A program made the position numbers and the translations under genes. A stretch of DNA of 64,000 nucleotides from sequence record MW812342.1; one strand, given 5' to 3'. Below the pieces are notes generated by a model. The model was not told the DNA's origin. It saw nothing but the letters and a program-made list of their open reading frames with translations, and did no database searches. Of this stretch, positions 18,696-28,401 are shown piece after piece (the first letter of the stretch is position 1; each line of letters opens with the position of its first letter).

Positions 18696-21431
18696 TTAGA
18701 TGGTTTCATCTTCCGGATTAATATCCAGAGCATCGCCACCATTATTAGCATCGCCATTATCCCCAGTGTCGTTTCCAGCGTCAGGGTCAATAACGTCATC
18801 TGGATTATCGTCTGGATTGTCATCAGGGTTGTCGTCCGGGTTATCGTCAGGATTATCGTCTGGTATGATGTCGTCTGGGTTATCATCCATCGGATTGTCA
18901 TCCATTGGATTATCCCCACCACCACCAAAGTTATTATCCCCACCACCTTCACCGCCCATATCGCGCTGCTTCGCCAACGTCTCAATCTTACCAGACGTGG
19001 TTTTGCCGAGCTGCATGACGGTGTTGGTAGCTTCACGGATTTCATCACTGATCATCTTCACGGTCTCAGCACGTTTCTCTTTGTCGTAAATCAGGTCGAA
19101 GAATTCATTCTCGATGCCCTGTTTGCGCAGCCACGTACGGACATAGAAGTTCTTCACCATCGTCTTGATGGTATTGGCATCCAGAGAGATACCCGCATCC
19201 TGCATCATTGTGGTGATGTCTTCCGTCACCACCAAGTCCGCCAGCTTCTCAATGAACTCTGTACGTTTGTCGAACAGTTCCATTTGTGAAGAGGCCGCAG
19301 ACGTATCCGGCGGTGGCAGCGTGACTTTGATACCGTTGATAAACTGACGCATGTACATGGAGGCTTTCGCCACGTACTGTTCTTCAGAGGTATCCGGCTC
19401 TTTGTCTTTGATGTACTCCACACAAGCTTTCAGCAGTTCTGCTTGCAGGCTAGGCGAGGACAGCGTGGACGTCACGACATAACGCGTCAGCGGCTTTTGC
19501 AGAATCTCTTGCTTCTTCATGATCTTCTGGGTAACCAGCAGGGACTTGGAGAAGATCTGAGACGCAAACTCGATGTTGTCGGGCGTCAGCACCAAATCCG
19601 GATCAACGTCTGCGATGTGACAGGTACGACGCAGTAACTGCTCGTCGAGTTCCTTATCAGGCGCTTTGTAGTCCGGCGTGGTATCCGACACAGACACCTT
19701 GCTGCTCGGGTAGTAATCGTTCCCTTCAACGTTGAACGCAATCCCCGAGTTGGTGGCCATTGACCAGATATCATCCATATTCCCCCACATCGGTTGGCGA
19801 CGGTTAAAGGAGTTCAGGATATCGGACTTCATACGGGCAACGGTTTCTTCCCCGTTCATGGCATCCGGCGACAACTGGATGTCGTACTGCATGTGACGTG
19901 CCGAGTTCAGGATAGAGGTGTTCATGGTAGCGAACAGCAGCGCCATACGCACAGACGAGATAATGAAAGAACGCTCGGTGATAGACACACCAAAACCGTC
20001 TTCATCAAAATCGGTGGCGAAGTAGCACAGGTTCTCAGCCGGGATATACACCACCTGCGTGTGACGTTTTGCCAAGTGACGTGTCAGCATGATACGACCG
20101 AAGGTTTCGGAGACGTTCATGTCCAGCTCCGCCCCACCCAATGCATCGCCCAGCGCTACGGCCAATTGGTTTTCGGCAATCTCACCGAAACGGCTAATCA
20201 GACGGTTAGCAATCTCTGGCGTGACCTTCGCATTACCTTCACCCATCCCGATAGCAGAACGGTTAATGATCGAATCGACCATCCCGTCATTATTCAGGTA
20301 GTTCATGAAGTTCGCATCGCCGTACAGAGACGAACGGGCATTAATGAAGTTACCCAACTCATCGACAATGGCCAGATAGCCAATCGGGTTCATCACGTCG
20401 TCACCCAATACCAGTGGCATGGTGGACTCGGCAGGCAGAACGCGCTCGGTGTATTCGACGTGGTTTACGTCGTCCATCATCGGTTTCTGCAACTCACCGT
20501 ACATCATGGTTTGTGGTGTGGTGCGATAGGTTTCGTTCAGGTCAGCGATATTGATGCCGTCGTACTTACGGTCTTGGCTCTCTTTGAAGCTGTCCGGTTC
20601 AAATGTTCCAGCACCAGTAGGCGTTTGAGGCTTTTCATATGCAGTCTGTTCCAACTGCCCGTAAAAGGACGCTGAGGCGTTCTCGCGAGCAACACGACGG
20701 ACGGTTTCCGGCATCAAGAAAACGTTGGGGTTGTCAGTCAGCGTCAGTTTGATAGAAGCCAAGTCACCGACTTTCTTCGAATCAAACAATGCGTCCAGTT
20801 TAATCTCGATGGTCTGCGGACCGTCAGGACGCGTACGCCCATTCAGTATGCTTTCAATCCCGACTTTACGCTCATCCGGCTTAGAAATCTTACCAAGGAT
20901 ACCACGCTGCTGATTGAAGAAATCAATGCGCTGGTTCTTGACGGATTCCTGTGCGACCTTTGTGTCCAACCCAAACAGTTTATCAAACCCTGAGTCGGAG
21001 AGCAGAAGTACCGGCGTTGCACCTTTGAATTTAAGGGCATCGTAAATCCACTTGTACAGCTTAGTCGGCAGCTGACGTTTGTTGTCGTGGAACTCACGTT
21101 CGATGCGTACCATCTCCTGACGCAGGTCAAGAGGCATATCGGCTACGCAATCGTAAATAAGACTGGTGTTCACCAAGTCTTTCGACGACAACAGAGAAGA
21201 GGTGGCGATAGTGACAATCGTTTCGAGTTCAGGCAATGCCTGATAGATACGCTGTGCGTTCTTCGCTGTACGAATACGCGAACTGGCGATACCTGTCAGT
21301 TCTGAGCGAGTTGGTGTGGTGCCTCCCTCCTCGCGCTTACCGCGCTCTTGCGAACCGCTTGGGCCGGTTGCCTTGCGCAGGATGGCGCTAACTGCTGGGT
21401 CGCGCGCCTGTAACTTACTAATATCGTCCAT
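18696..21431 (-). CDS. portal protein (phiKZ gp129 / SPN3US gp81-like)
   Basis: 911 aa; AxE motifs AQE-162 and AYE-266; acidic low-complexity C-tail; divergent from the 727-aa gene as in phiKZ-like phages. Confidence 0.75.
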   Translation of the reverse strand: MDDISKLQARDPAVSAILRKATGPSGSQERGKREEGGTTPTRSELTGIASSRIRTAKNAQRIYQALPELETIVTIATSSLLSSKDLVNTSLIYDCVADMPLDLRQEMVRIEREFHDNKRQLPTKLYKWIYDALKFKGATPVLLLSDSGFDKLFGLDTKVAQESVKNQRIDFFNQQRGILGKISKPDERKVGIESILNGRTRPDGPQTIEIKLDALFDSKKVGDLASIKLTLTDNPNVFLMPETVRRVARENASASFYGQLEQTAYEKPQTPTGAGTFEPDSFKESQDRKYDGINIADLNETYRTTPQTMMYGELQKPMMDDVNHVEYTERVLPAESTMPLVLGDDVMNPIGYLAIVDELGNFINARSSLYGDANFMNYLNNDGMVDSIINRSAIGMGEGNAKVTPEIANRLISRFGEIAENQLAVALGDALGGAELDMNVSETFGRIMLTRHLAKRHTQVVYIPAENLCYFATDFDEDGFGVSITERSFIISSVRMALLFATMNTSILNSARHMQYDIQLSPDAMNGEETVARMKSDILNSFNRRQPMWGNMDDIWSMATNSGIAFNVEGNDYYPSSKVSVSDTTPDYKAPDKELDEQLLRRTCHIADVDPDLVLTPDNIEFASQIFSKSLLVTQKIMKKQEILQKPLTRYVVTSTLSSPSLQAELLKACVEYIKDKEPDTSEEQYVAKASMYMRQFINGIKVTLPPPDTSAASSQMELFDKRTEFIEKLADLVVTEDITTMMQDAGISLDANTIKTMVKNFYVRTWLRKQGIENEFFDLIYDKEKRAETVKMISDEIREATNTVMQLGKTTSGKIETLAKQRDMGGEGGGDNNFGGGGDNPMDDNPMDDNPDDIIPDDNPDDNPDDNPDDNPDDNPDDVIDPDAGNDTGDNGDANNGGDALDINPEDETI
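18795..18914 (-). repeat. 12-bp tandem repeat encoding (P)DDN units in the portal C-terminus
   Basis: Six 12-bp units from 18795 plus two DDNPM units; synonymous variation between units. Confidence 0.85.
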
Positions 21432-21446
21432 TGGGGTCTCCGGAAA

Positions 21447-23630
21447 ATGCAGAGGTTCAATATCTTTAGAGACCAGTCCATCCAGTTGGCGATGTCTTTG
21501 ATTTTTAAATCAGAAGCCATTGCTGAGCAGATGAATCTGGCTATAACCGAGAATGGCGGTTATGTGTCGAATGACCGCACAACGTGGCGGTACTACCTGC
21601 ACTTGGCAGGTCGTCGACATGAAATCGACAAACCGATTTTGTTTAAATCGGTCGAAAGCGGCGAGGAAATAGAGCTTACGGTGGCCAATCTGGCTATTCA
21701 TAAGAAAACCTCGAACGTCTATCGTTCCAACACCGAGTATATCGAAAACCTCATCGAGGCGTATCCCGACTACGCGGTCTATATAAAAGGTGTCTTTTGG
21801 CCTGTGAGTTTGGAACGGGCCATCTCCCTAAATGATTGCAGCATCATGTACTACGACTCCAAATACGTCGAAGCACAAGAGCAGTCATTGATTCACGATT
21901 TAGAAGCAAAGATCCGGGCCACACACGTCCGATATTTTGCTCAGGGATGGCGCGTACACAACGATGCGTTTGTGCTGGCGTTCTACAACATGCTTTACCC
22001 TATGTTGCCTGCCTTTATCTTGCAGTTGCGACAGGAAAAGCAGTTCACTGTTGAAACGCACAGCTACTACGTCACCGAGTTCTTGGCATCACACCAAGAG
22101 CTGCATGAGTTTATCCCTTACTTAACTCAGAAGCAGATGTTCACGCTGTACCGTAACATCCGTTATTGGGAGCGCAACTCCGGCAAGAAAGAAATCTTCG
22201 ACTGGATGGTGGATACCCTCCTCACCGGTTGGAGTATGCCTGCCGTGGCGTACAATGTTGGCCAGCTAATTCATGACCCGACCACTGGGTCGGATGAAGA
22301 CTTAACGCCGAAGCCGACAGGGTACCAGCAAGCTCTGAACTATACAGAGCGTACGTCTGGCCGAGATTTGGATTTGGTCGCAACCGCTGACCTTATTCAG
22401 AAAGAGTTGTCGTTGGCCTCCGAGAATGGGCAACACCAAGTTGAGTACCAGACGGACTTAGACACCCGACTGGGTCTGACGCAATATCCTAACCTGTCCA
22501 CGAAGCTTGTCGAAGTGACCGCCATTGACCCCGAAGCGATTGAGCGTTGGGAGTATATGCACGGCCTCTTTAATGAGTGGTTACACTTAACGGCCAGTGG
22601 AAAGTATAACATTTATCACGACATCCTTAACCCAACAAACGGGGACACGTTAAAACTCTCGTCTAAAGAGTTGTTCGCGTTGTACCTGTATGCCGGGTTC
22701 AAAGGTTTCTCCAATATTGAGTTGACCACCATCCCTGCGTTCCATGCGATGGGCGTCCAGATTAAACGCTGGATTACCCCGGATGAAATGCACAACGCAA
22801 TCTACCCAGAGAGCTGGGCTGGCCGTTACGATGGCATGGTTAACTATTTCGCTGACACACAGTACGAGGTCATTGGGTCGCTGACCAGCAACGATGAGTT
22901 GTTTGATGCAATCTCCACGATGTTAGATAATAAACGTAAGCGCTACAGTTATGTTTATAACCGTCGTAAGATTCCTGACCGTGCAGCGGGCTTGCAACTG
23001 TTTGCTTACATGTATCGCAGCTACCGTTGCGATTTGAACCTGCCGTATACGGACTATGAAGAGTTCTTCAGAACGTACGGAATCGACCATACGTTGATTT
23101 CAAACGAGACGTGGCAGGATATTGCAACCGATGCGTTCAATATTGCAACAAACATGGAGAACCGGGCGGTTCTGTCGCAGGGTGAGATTCAGCGTGCAAT
23201 GGTAAGGTTGATGAGTAAGCTCTCATCGTACACCATCCACTTTGCCGCGCGTATGGCCTCTGACTCGTACGACATTACCGATCCTATCACACCGATACTT
23301 GGGGACATACCAGCATCTGCACACGCGTCGATGTCGGTTGACCATCCCCATACCGGGGTGCAGGATGTGGCTGTGAAGTCGAAGATGTCCACCTCAACAC
23401 CGCTCGCGGTGATGCCCGATATCGTCGCCTTAAAAGCACCCCGACGTTTGCGATACCAAATGGATATCGCTATGGGTATTCAGGTAACGATGCATCAGCA
23501 TCAGGTGGTTAACATTTCTGAGCCGTTAGTGGGCGTGGACGTTACTGAAAACGTAAAAGACAAAGCCTACTTGAGCGATAAGATTGGGAAGCGTGCCCTC
23601 GATGGCTTTATTAAGGGCGAGTATTTCTAA
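21447..23630 (+). CDS. virion structural protein (phiKZ gp128-like, probable baseplate)
   Basis: 727 aa, WRYYLHLAG motif, divergent from portal. Confidence 0.65.
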   Translation: MQRFNIFRDQSIQLAMSLIFKSEAIAEQMNLAITENGGYVSNDRTTWRYYLHLAGRRHEIDKPILFKSVESGEEIELTVANLAIHKKTSNVYRSNTEYIENLIEAYPDYAVYIKGVFWPVSLERAISLNDCSIMYYDSKYVEAQEQSLIHDLEAKIRATHVRYFAQGWRVHNDAFVLAFYNMLYPMLPAFILQLRQEKQFTVETHSYYVTEFLASHQELHEFIPYLTQKQMFTLYRNIRYWERNSGKKEIFDWMVDTLLTGWSMPAVAYNVGQLIHDPTTGSDEDLTPKPTGYQQALNYTERTSGRDLDLVATADLIQKELSLASENGQHQVEYQTDLDTRLGLTQYPNLSTKLVEVTAIDPEAIERWEYMHGLFNEWLHLTASGKYNIYHDILNPTNGDTLKLSSKELFALYLYAGFKGFSNIELTTIPAFHAMGVQIKRWITPDEMHNAIYPESWAGRYDGMVNYFADTQYEVIGSLTSNDELFDAISTMLDNKRKRYSYVYNRRKIPDRAAGLQLFAYMYRSYRCDLNLPYTDYEEFFRTYGIDHTLISNETWQDIATDAFNIATNMENRAVLSQGEIQRAMVRLMSKLSSYTIHFAARMASDSYDITDPITPILGDIPASAHASMSVDHPHTGVQDVAVKSKMSTSTPLAVMPDIVALKAPRRLRYQMDIAMGIQVTMHQHQVVNISEPLVGVDVTENVKDKAYLSDKIGKRALDGFIKGEYF

Positions 23631-23655
23631 TCTATTGACATAAGCGAGAAATTGT

Positions 23656-24180
23656 ATGCCGTATCGTATCGACCTATCGAAACCACCCCACGAAATACTG
23701 GTGAATCGCATCAACTACGTCTGGGGTACTTCTTATAGACCAGACCAAATTGAATTCAACAGTCGTGGCGCATGGCCGCTGACGAAAGAAGAACGACGCG
23801 CGCGTGGCGTCGAATCTAAAATCGCGGCACGATTTAAAAACGGGGTAATGGGCTTTCAGGAGTTCCACCTTACCCGTGCCGACCTGACCGAACTGCTGGA
23901 AGGGGTTGTGGTAGAAGTTCCGATGGGTATTACGTGGAGCCACTACCTCGTTCCTTACATCATCGACGAGTTAGGTCTACAGCTGGGGCCGTACGATTTG
24001 GTGATTGAACCGTTAGAGGGGAATTTCACCACGTACGTTGCACACATCGAACCCCATCATCCTGCCTTCAAAGGGACGATTGATATTAAGTTCGTTGACC
24101 CGACCCCACGTAAGTTAACCGACCTCGTCACGAAATACAAACTTGACGGATTCCGCGTAGGAGAATTTTTCGATGGCTAA
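23656..24180 (+). CDS. virion protein, short member of the tail paralog family also found at 56.5-64 kb
   Basis: Shares pattern L.NRIN...TR.DL..L...LGL.L...D...AFKG...L..L.....LDG with the array. Confidence 0.55.
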   Translation: MPYRIDLSKPPHEILVNRINYVWGTSYRPDQIEFNSRGAWPLTKEERRARGVESKIAARFKNGVMGFQEFHLTRADLTELLEGVVVEVPMGITWSHYLVPYIIDELGLQLGPYDLVIEPLEGNFTTYVAHIEPHHPAFKGTIDIKFVDPTPRKLTDLVTKYKLDGFRVGEFFDG

Positions 24181-25057
24181 TACCAAAGTGTATGACGGTA
24201 AGTTGTCCACAGCGACGCTTAGCGCCATGCGTTTAGCAAGTGCGTTGATTTGTGGTGCTGATGTAAAGTACCCACAGAACTCAACGCTCAATGAGTTTTT
24301 CAAACTGATGACTGGCAAGTTGCCTGATCCTACGGTTCGCCCCAGTCTGAAGTATATGTCCATCGGCTTCGCAGGTCACAAATCCATCAAGGTGAAAACC
24401 ATTGACAGTTTTGTGCCGATTGCGAAAAGTCCTACCGCGTCCGGGATGTTCAGTCACGTACCGTTTGTACTGCGCACCCTTGATAATGACCTGAGTGACG
24501 AACAGCGTAAAGATTACGCCTTCCGCACCCAAGTCAACGTCGAAGGTCGTAACTACTGGGCGTATTACCTGAAACGTCTGGACATGCGTTCGGTGCAGAC
24601 GACCGACCTCGAAACCATCCGTGAAAACGGTGTGCCGAAGACGGAAGACTTTGTCTACAAAGACAGCGACCTGAACCCGATTCCGAAAGACCTGCCAGAC
24701 TACGACTATGACGACGACAGCACCGTTGAGATTCCTGACGGCCGTTATGTCCAGTCAGGGTGTGACATCGTCATCAACTGGACGGAGTTCGACATTCAGG
24801 AATACCTGAACGTGGCGGCTATCATGTTGGGCGATGCCGGGTCTGCTATCGTCTCTGAAATCGCGCTCTGTTCTGGTGTCGATTACACGACCGGTGGTCA
24901 GTCTGCTACCGGGTCGCCGTTCTCGTACGAAGAAGCGATTGGGGTACAGGTTCTGTATCACATCAGCCTCTTTACCAACCTTGCACAAACCAATGACCAG
25001 CTGGGTCTGACGATTCGTGTGGGTCAGCCTGCGCCGTTCTATCTGGGACAAGCGTAA
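24173..25057 (+). CDS. virion structural protein (baseplate-associated)
   Basis: 294 aa; NYWAYYLKRL and EIALCSGVD motifs typical of phiKZ-like structural proteins. Confidence 0.55.
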   Translation: MANTKVYDGKLSTATLSAMRLASALICGADVKYPQNSTLNEFFKLMTGKLPDPTVRPSLKYMSIGFAGHKSIKVKTIDSFVPIAKSPTASGMFSHVPFVLRTLDNDLSDEQRKDYAFRTQVNVEGRNYWAYYLKRLDMRSVQTTDLETIRENGVPKTEDFVYKDSDLNPIPKDLPDYDYDDDSTVEIPDGRYVQSGCDIVINWTEFDIQEYLNVAAIMLGDAGSAIVSEIALCSGVDYTTGGQSATGSPFSYEEAIGVQVLYHISLFTNLAQTNDQLGLTIRVGQPAPFYLGQA

Positions 25058-25707
25058 TGTTGATACCTGAACCGCGTCTCCCGGACAATATGGTACGGAT
25101 TGTGGGTGTCGACCCCGGCACCTCGCATCTTGGGTTAGCGGTTCTGGATTGGGAATACGGCACAGAGCAAGCCGAAGTGGTGTGGGCAGAAACCTTGCAC
25201 GTCAAAGACCCGACACACGACTCCTCTTTTGGAGAAACGGTGGGGCGGCGTGATGCCCGCATGATACAACTCGAAGCGCTATTCGAGGAGTTCCTTCGGT
25301 TGGCACGACCGACGTTCCTTGCAACAGAAACCCCGTTCATGAAGCGGGGTAAGCTTTCCGCCTATGAGTCTGGTGTTGAATTGCAATTGATGTTGCGCCG
25401 TTCCTTGTGGCGCGTCTTTCCGACGAAAGTCATCCACGGTTATCACCCCATTATTGTGAAATCTTATGTTGGCGTTGATGCGAGAGGCACTGATAAGGAA
25501 GATATGAAGCGGGCAGTCCAAAAGCTGTACGCGAACCACACCCATGTCGACCTCAGTACCTTGGACGAACACAGTAACGATGCCGTCGCTGTGTGCAACA
25601 TCTTCGTGAGGCTTTCACTGCTCAACTTAAACAGTCTCCTGCCGCCCAAAGAGAAGAAACCGAAAGGCTCCTTTTCCAAACGTCGGCGTAAACGGAAAAG
25701 GGGTTAA
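25057..25707 (+). CDS. ruvC: RuvC-like Holliday junction resolvase
   Basis: IVGVDPGTSHLGLAV (catalytic Asp), ETPF (Glu), DEHSNDAVAV (C-terminal Asp); basic tail. Confidence 0.85.
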   Translation: MLIPEPRLPDNMVRIVGVDPGTSHLGLAVLDWEYGTEQAEVVWAETLHVKDPTHDSSFGETVGRRDARMIQLEALFEEFLRLARPTFLATETPFMKRGKLSAYESGVELQLMLRRSLWRVFPTKVIHGYHPIIVKSYVGVDARGTDKEDMKRAVQKLYANHTHVDLSTLDEHSNDAVAVCNIFVRLSLLNLNSLLPPKEKKPKGSFSKRRRKRKRG

Positions 25708-25709
25708 CC

Positions 25710-26264
25710 ATGTCACTGTCTCAACAGGATGCTACCGCACAAGCGTTAGATGTCCTTATTCAAGCGGGCACGAACAAGCTCAGCCTTGAAGAGGCCAGTA
25801 AAGTGAAAGACGCAGCTGCTGCTCTCGGGCACGCGGACATCATCGATGTCACCAAGCCTGCCAGCGTCATTCTGTCTGCTCTGCGCCCGATGTTAATCGC
25901 GCAGATTGGCCAGTTGGCTGACAACCTCGAACAGCGTGCAGTCGGTGCTGTAGAGGGGCTGGATGCGAAATACGGCAAAGAAACCATGATGACCCTCTGG
26001 CCGAACTTTGGTCGCGGGGTGAAGTTCATCGTGGCGCTGTTAGCGTTGGCGACCGTTGCCATTGCTGGGTACCTTGCGTACTACACCGCGCGAACGCCAG
26101 ACATGGACTCGCTCGATGTGGCTATCGTAGGGCTCACCCCATTGTTTGGTCTGGCGGTGTTCTGCACTTGGCCAATCAAAACGCTGGCGTACAGTTCGAT
26201 GACGATTGCAGCCAAAGTCGTTGAGGCGAAACTCCAGAAAAGAGCGACCACTGATAAGTCGTAA
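25710..26264 (+). CDS. membrane protein with two predicted TM segments
   Basis: FIVALLALATVAIAGYLAY and VAIVGLTPLFGLAVFCTW hydrophobic segments. Confidence 0.6.
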   Translation: MSLSQQDATAQALDVLIQAGTNKLSLEEASKVKDAAAALGHADIIDVTKPASVILSALRPMLIAQIGQLADNLEQRAVGAVEGLDAKYGKETMMTLWPNFGRGVKFIVALLALATVAIAGYLAYYTARTPDMDSLDVAIVGLTPLFGLAVFCTWPIKTLAYSSMTIAAKVVEAKLQKRATTDKS

Positions 26265-26267
26265 GTC

Positions 26268-26302
26268 CCTCGCCCTTCGGGGCGAGGTCTTTTTCTTTTT
26301 TT
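26268..26302 (+). terminator. Rho-independent terminator ending the core structural block
   Basis: CCTCGCCC-TTCG-GGGCGAGG plus T run. Confidence 0.85.
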
Positions 26303-26315
26303 GCCTAAATACGCG

Positions 26316-26331
26316 AGTTGTAATTTATGTG
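26316..26331 (+). promoter_or_regulatory. candidate nvRNAP (middle/late) promoter
   Basis: AGTTGTAATTTATGTG; 14/16 identical to 33481-33496; contains TATG; lies just after a terminator. Confidence 0.4.
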
Positions 26332-26352
26332 AAAACAATTAAGGGGAATGCC

Positions 26353-26976
26353 ATGAAGCTATTACAGACGCGTGTCCGCACCGTGTTACTCCCGGCCTCC
26401 GGTTTGTTAAATGCAATACCTAAGCTGCCGAACATGGTGTTGAATGAAGAGAACCGTAAACTTCTCATCAACAGCATGCTCGAAGAACGGACGTGGATAA
26501 ACTACCGAACGATGCCTGCGGGGTACTCACAACGTCACCCGCCATATGCTGGGCAAACCATGCACCTGCTTAAATCGTTGTACCGCCACGTAAACCAATC
26601 CGATGCCGAGTACGTCCACCACAAACTCGCCCCAGCCGTTATCAAGCTTCTGGGAGAGTCTTACGGACGTGTGCCGGAAGGGTGTTCTGAGACAGGCTAC
26701 GACGGTGGTTTCCCAAGCAACGCACAAATATTCGACCACGGTGTGTCTTTCCATTGGTACAAAGGGTTCCTCCATGTGAAGTGGTACCGACCCGTTGTCA
26801 ATATGCAAGAAATGTCTGTGGCCACCTACATGGACTATATCCGTACAACCGTCGGTGATAAAGAAGTGAAGGGATACCCGATTAAAAATCTGATGGACAG
26901 TATAGAAATAAACGACTTTCTCGATGATGCCAATCGGGATTTTTTGGAGAAGTGCTTATGCTCTACATTGAAGTGA
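26353..26976 (+). CDS. hypothetical protein
   Basis: ATG at 26353 after an AGGGG RBS (ORF track 26206 crosses the terminator). Confidence 0.65.
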   Translation: MKLLQTRVRTVLLPASGLLNAIPKLPNMVLNEENRKLLINSMLEERTWINYRTMPAGYSQRHPPYAGQTMHLLKSLYRHVNQSDAEYVHHKLAPAVIKLLGESYGRVPEGCSETGYDGGFPSNAQIFDHGVSFHWYKGFLHVKWYRPVVNMQEMSVATYMDYIRTTVGDKEVKGYPIKNLMDSIEINDFLDDANRDFLEKCLCSTLK

Positions 26977-27434
26977 GTCCAGATAAAATTTCAGCCGACC
27001 TGTTCCCCGGTCTGCGAAAGTGGATAGACGACCAAAACGAACACCGTAGTCAGCCACTACGAATCGTTATGGCGGTAGAAGACGATAACCCGATGGGTAT
27101 TATGGTTTATGCCGACGGCCAGATACTTTACATTTACGTCCCGACAGAGTCACGCCGGGGTGGTGTTGGTAGCGCGCTCTTACGGCGTGCCGTGCTGGAA
27201 AGTAAAGGTTCGCTGGTTACTGCAAAAGTCCATCCGTCGAACGTGGATGGATTATGTTTCATGCTCAAGTGTGGCTTCGCTATTGATGGTGGTATCATCG
27301 GGTTGGACAATGTACGTTATCATCGTATGACGAATAACATCGTCGTTGTACATACGCCGCCGGAGGAGAAGCACTTAGAAACGTTCGTGTCGAATGTGCC
27401 GATATTTTTATCGATGGCGGAAGGTAATTTCTAG
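26958..27434 (+). CDS. GNAT-family acetyltransferase
   Basis: YVPTESRRGGVGSALL (motif A) and VHPSN...FMLKCGF (motif B). Confidence 0.85.
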   Translation: MLYIEVSPDKISADLFPGLRKWIDDQNEHRSQPLRIVMAVEDDNPMGIMVYADGQILYIYVPTESRRGGVGSALLRRAVLESKGSLVTAKVHPSNVDGLCFMLKCGFAIDGGIIGLDNVRYHRMTNNIVVVHTPPEEKHLETFVSNVPIFLSMAEGNF

Positions 27435-27450
27435 CCGCGAGATTATAACA

Positions 27451-27936
27451 ATGTTACGTGTTGTGTACGAAACACGACGCTTGGACGATGTCCAATCGAA
27501 GCCTGTTAGTCGTGCTGAAATCGTGCCTGCCTCGGCGGTGGACAGAGTAGCGTCCACACTTCGGGGTGTGCCGGTGAAGTTTACGCAGTGCGAAGAACAT
27601 CGCGAGAACAAACCTTATAAGACTATACCGGCAATGCGGCCCAGTAAGCGTAGAAGTTATGCCGAACTAAAGCAGAGACTTTATCGGCATTACCGTCGAA
27701 GTGCTTGGAAACAGTTAGTGATGTTAGTCATTGACGATTTCATCAAGAACCTCGAGTGGGAAGAAGTTCTTAAAGAGGCGGGATACCGTACTCATTCTTT
27801 CACGTACCACTGGCATCAATTCAAAAAACAGTACGACCACGAACTTCGTTGGTCACCTGCAACCCAAAAGATGTTTGCGCGTCTTGAGGGGCAGGACTGG
27901 CTCCTACCGTATATGGAAGAGGACAAAAAAATATGA
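27451..27936 (+). CDS. hypothetical basic protein
   Basis: Likely ATG at 27451; ATGA overlap with next gene. Confidence 0.6.
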   Translation: MLRVVYETRRLDDVQSKPVSRAEIVPASAVDRVASTLRGVPVKFTQCEEHRENKPYKTIPAMRPSKRRSYAELKQRLYRHYRRSAWKQLVMLVIDDFIKNLEWEEVLKEAGYRTHSFTYHWHQFKKQYDHELRWSPATQKMFARLEGQDWLLPYMEEDKKI

Positions 27937-28325
27937 TGCGCATTGTAGCAGCTTTTATTTTAACGGTTATTTCGTTTACAGTTTCTGCAAACTTTAATCC
28001 CTACGTAATGGAAGGGTTCAAACCTTCCAATCCGGGGGATGTCCGTGTGAAGTTTACCGAGTTGGATAACCCCACCACGGTAGCCGAGCACGGCGGGTTT
28101 GCGGTCGTGAATACAGGTCGGTCGGAGAAATGTCCCGCAGGGGGCTTCTATCTGGTTAACCTGACCCGTAAGACATATCAGTTTGTTGATGCGGGTTCCT
28201 GTCAAAAGGATATTCGTGTGTCACTGTCTGGCCCATACCCGGACAAACTTTCAGTCGTGACGGAGATTTTGACATTTACTTACAAAGACATTATCACCGC
28301 ACGATACCCACTCTACAGTTACTGA
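27933..28325 (+). CDS. secreted/periplasmic protein
   Basis: Signal peptide MMRIVAAFILTVISFTVSA; two Cys in the mature part. Confidence 0.65.
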   Translation: MMRIVAAFILTVISFTVSANFNPYVMEGFKPSNPGDVRVKFTELDNPTTVAEHGGFAVVNTGRSEKCPAGGFYLVNLTRKTYQFVDAGSCQKDIRVSLSGPYPDKLSVVTEILTFTYKDIITARYPLYSY

Positions 28326-28333
28326 GTGGTTTT

Positions 28334-28367
28334 TCTCTCCCTTCGGGGAGAGATCATTTTATTTTTT
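28334..28367 (+). terminator. Rho-independent terminator
   Basis: TCTCTCCC-TTCG-GGGAGAGA plus T-rich tail. Confidence 0.8.
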
Positions 28368-28401
28368 AAGTCACCGGTGAATGCTATAGGAGGTGTCAAT
28401 C

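Noticed and set aside
18657-19289. 210-aa hydrophobic ORF with VIVRIIV repeats
   Set aside because: Antisense reading of the portal DDNP repeat; it looks like a membrane protein only as an artefact.
25710-26264. 2-TM protein as holin
   Set aside because: No adjacent endolysin or spanin, and the long soluble N-terminus is atypical; kept as generic membrane protein.
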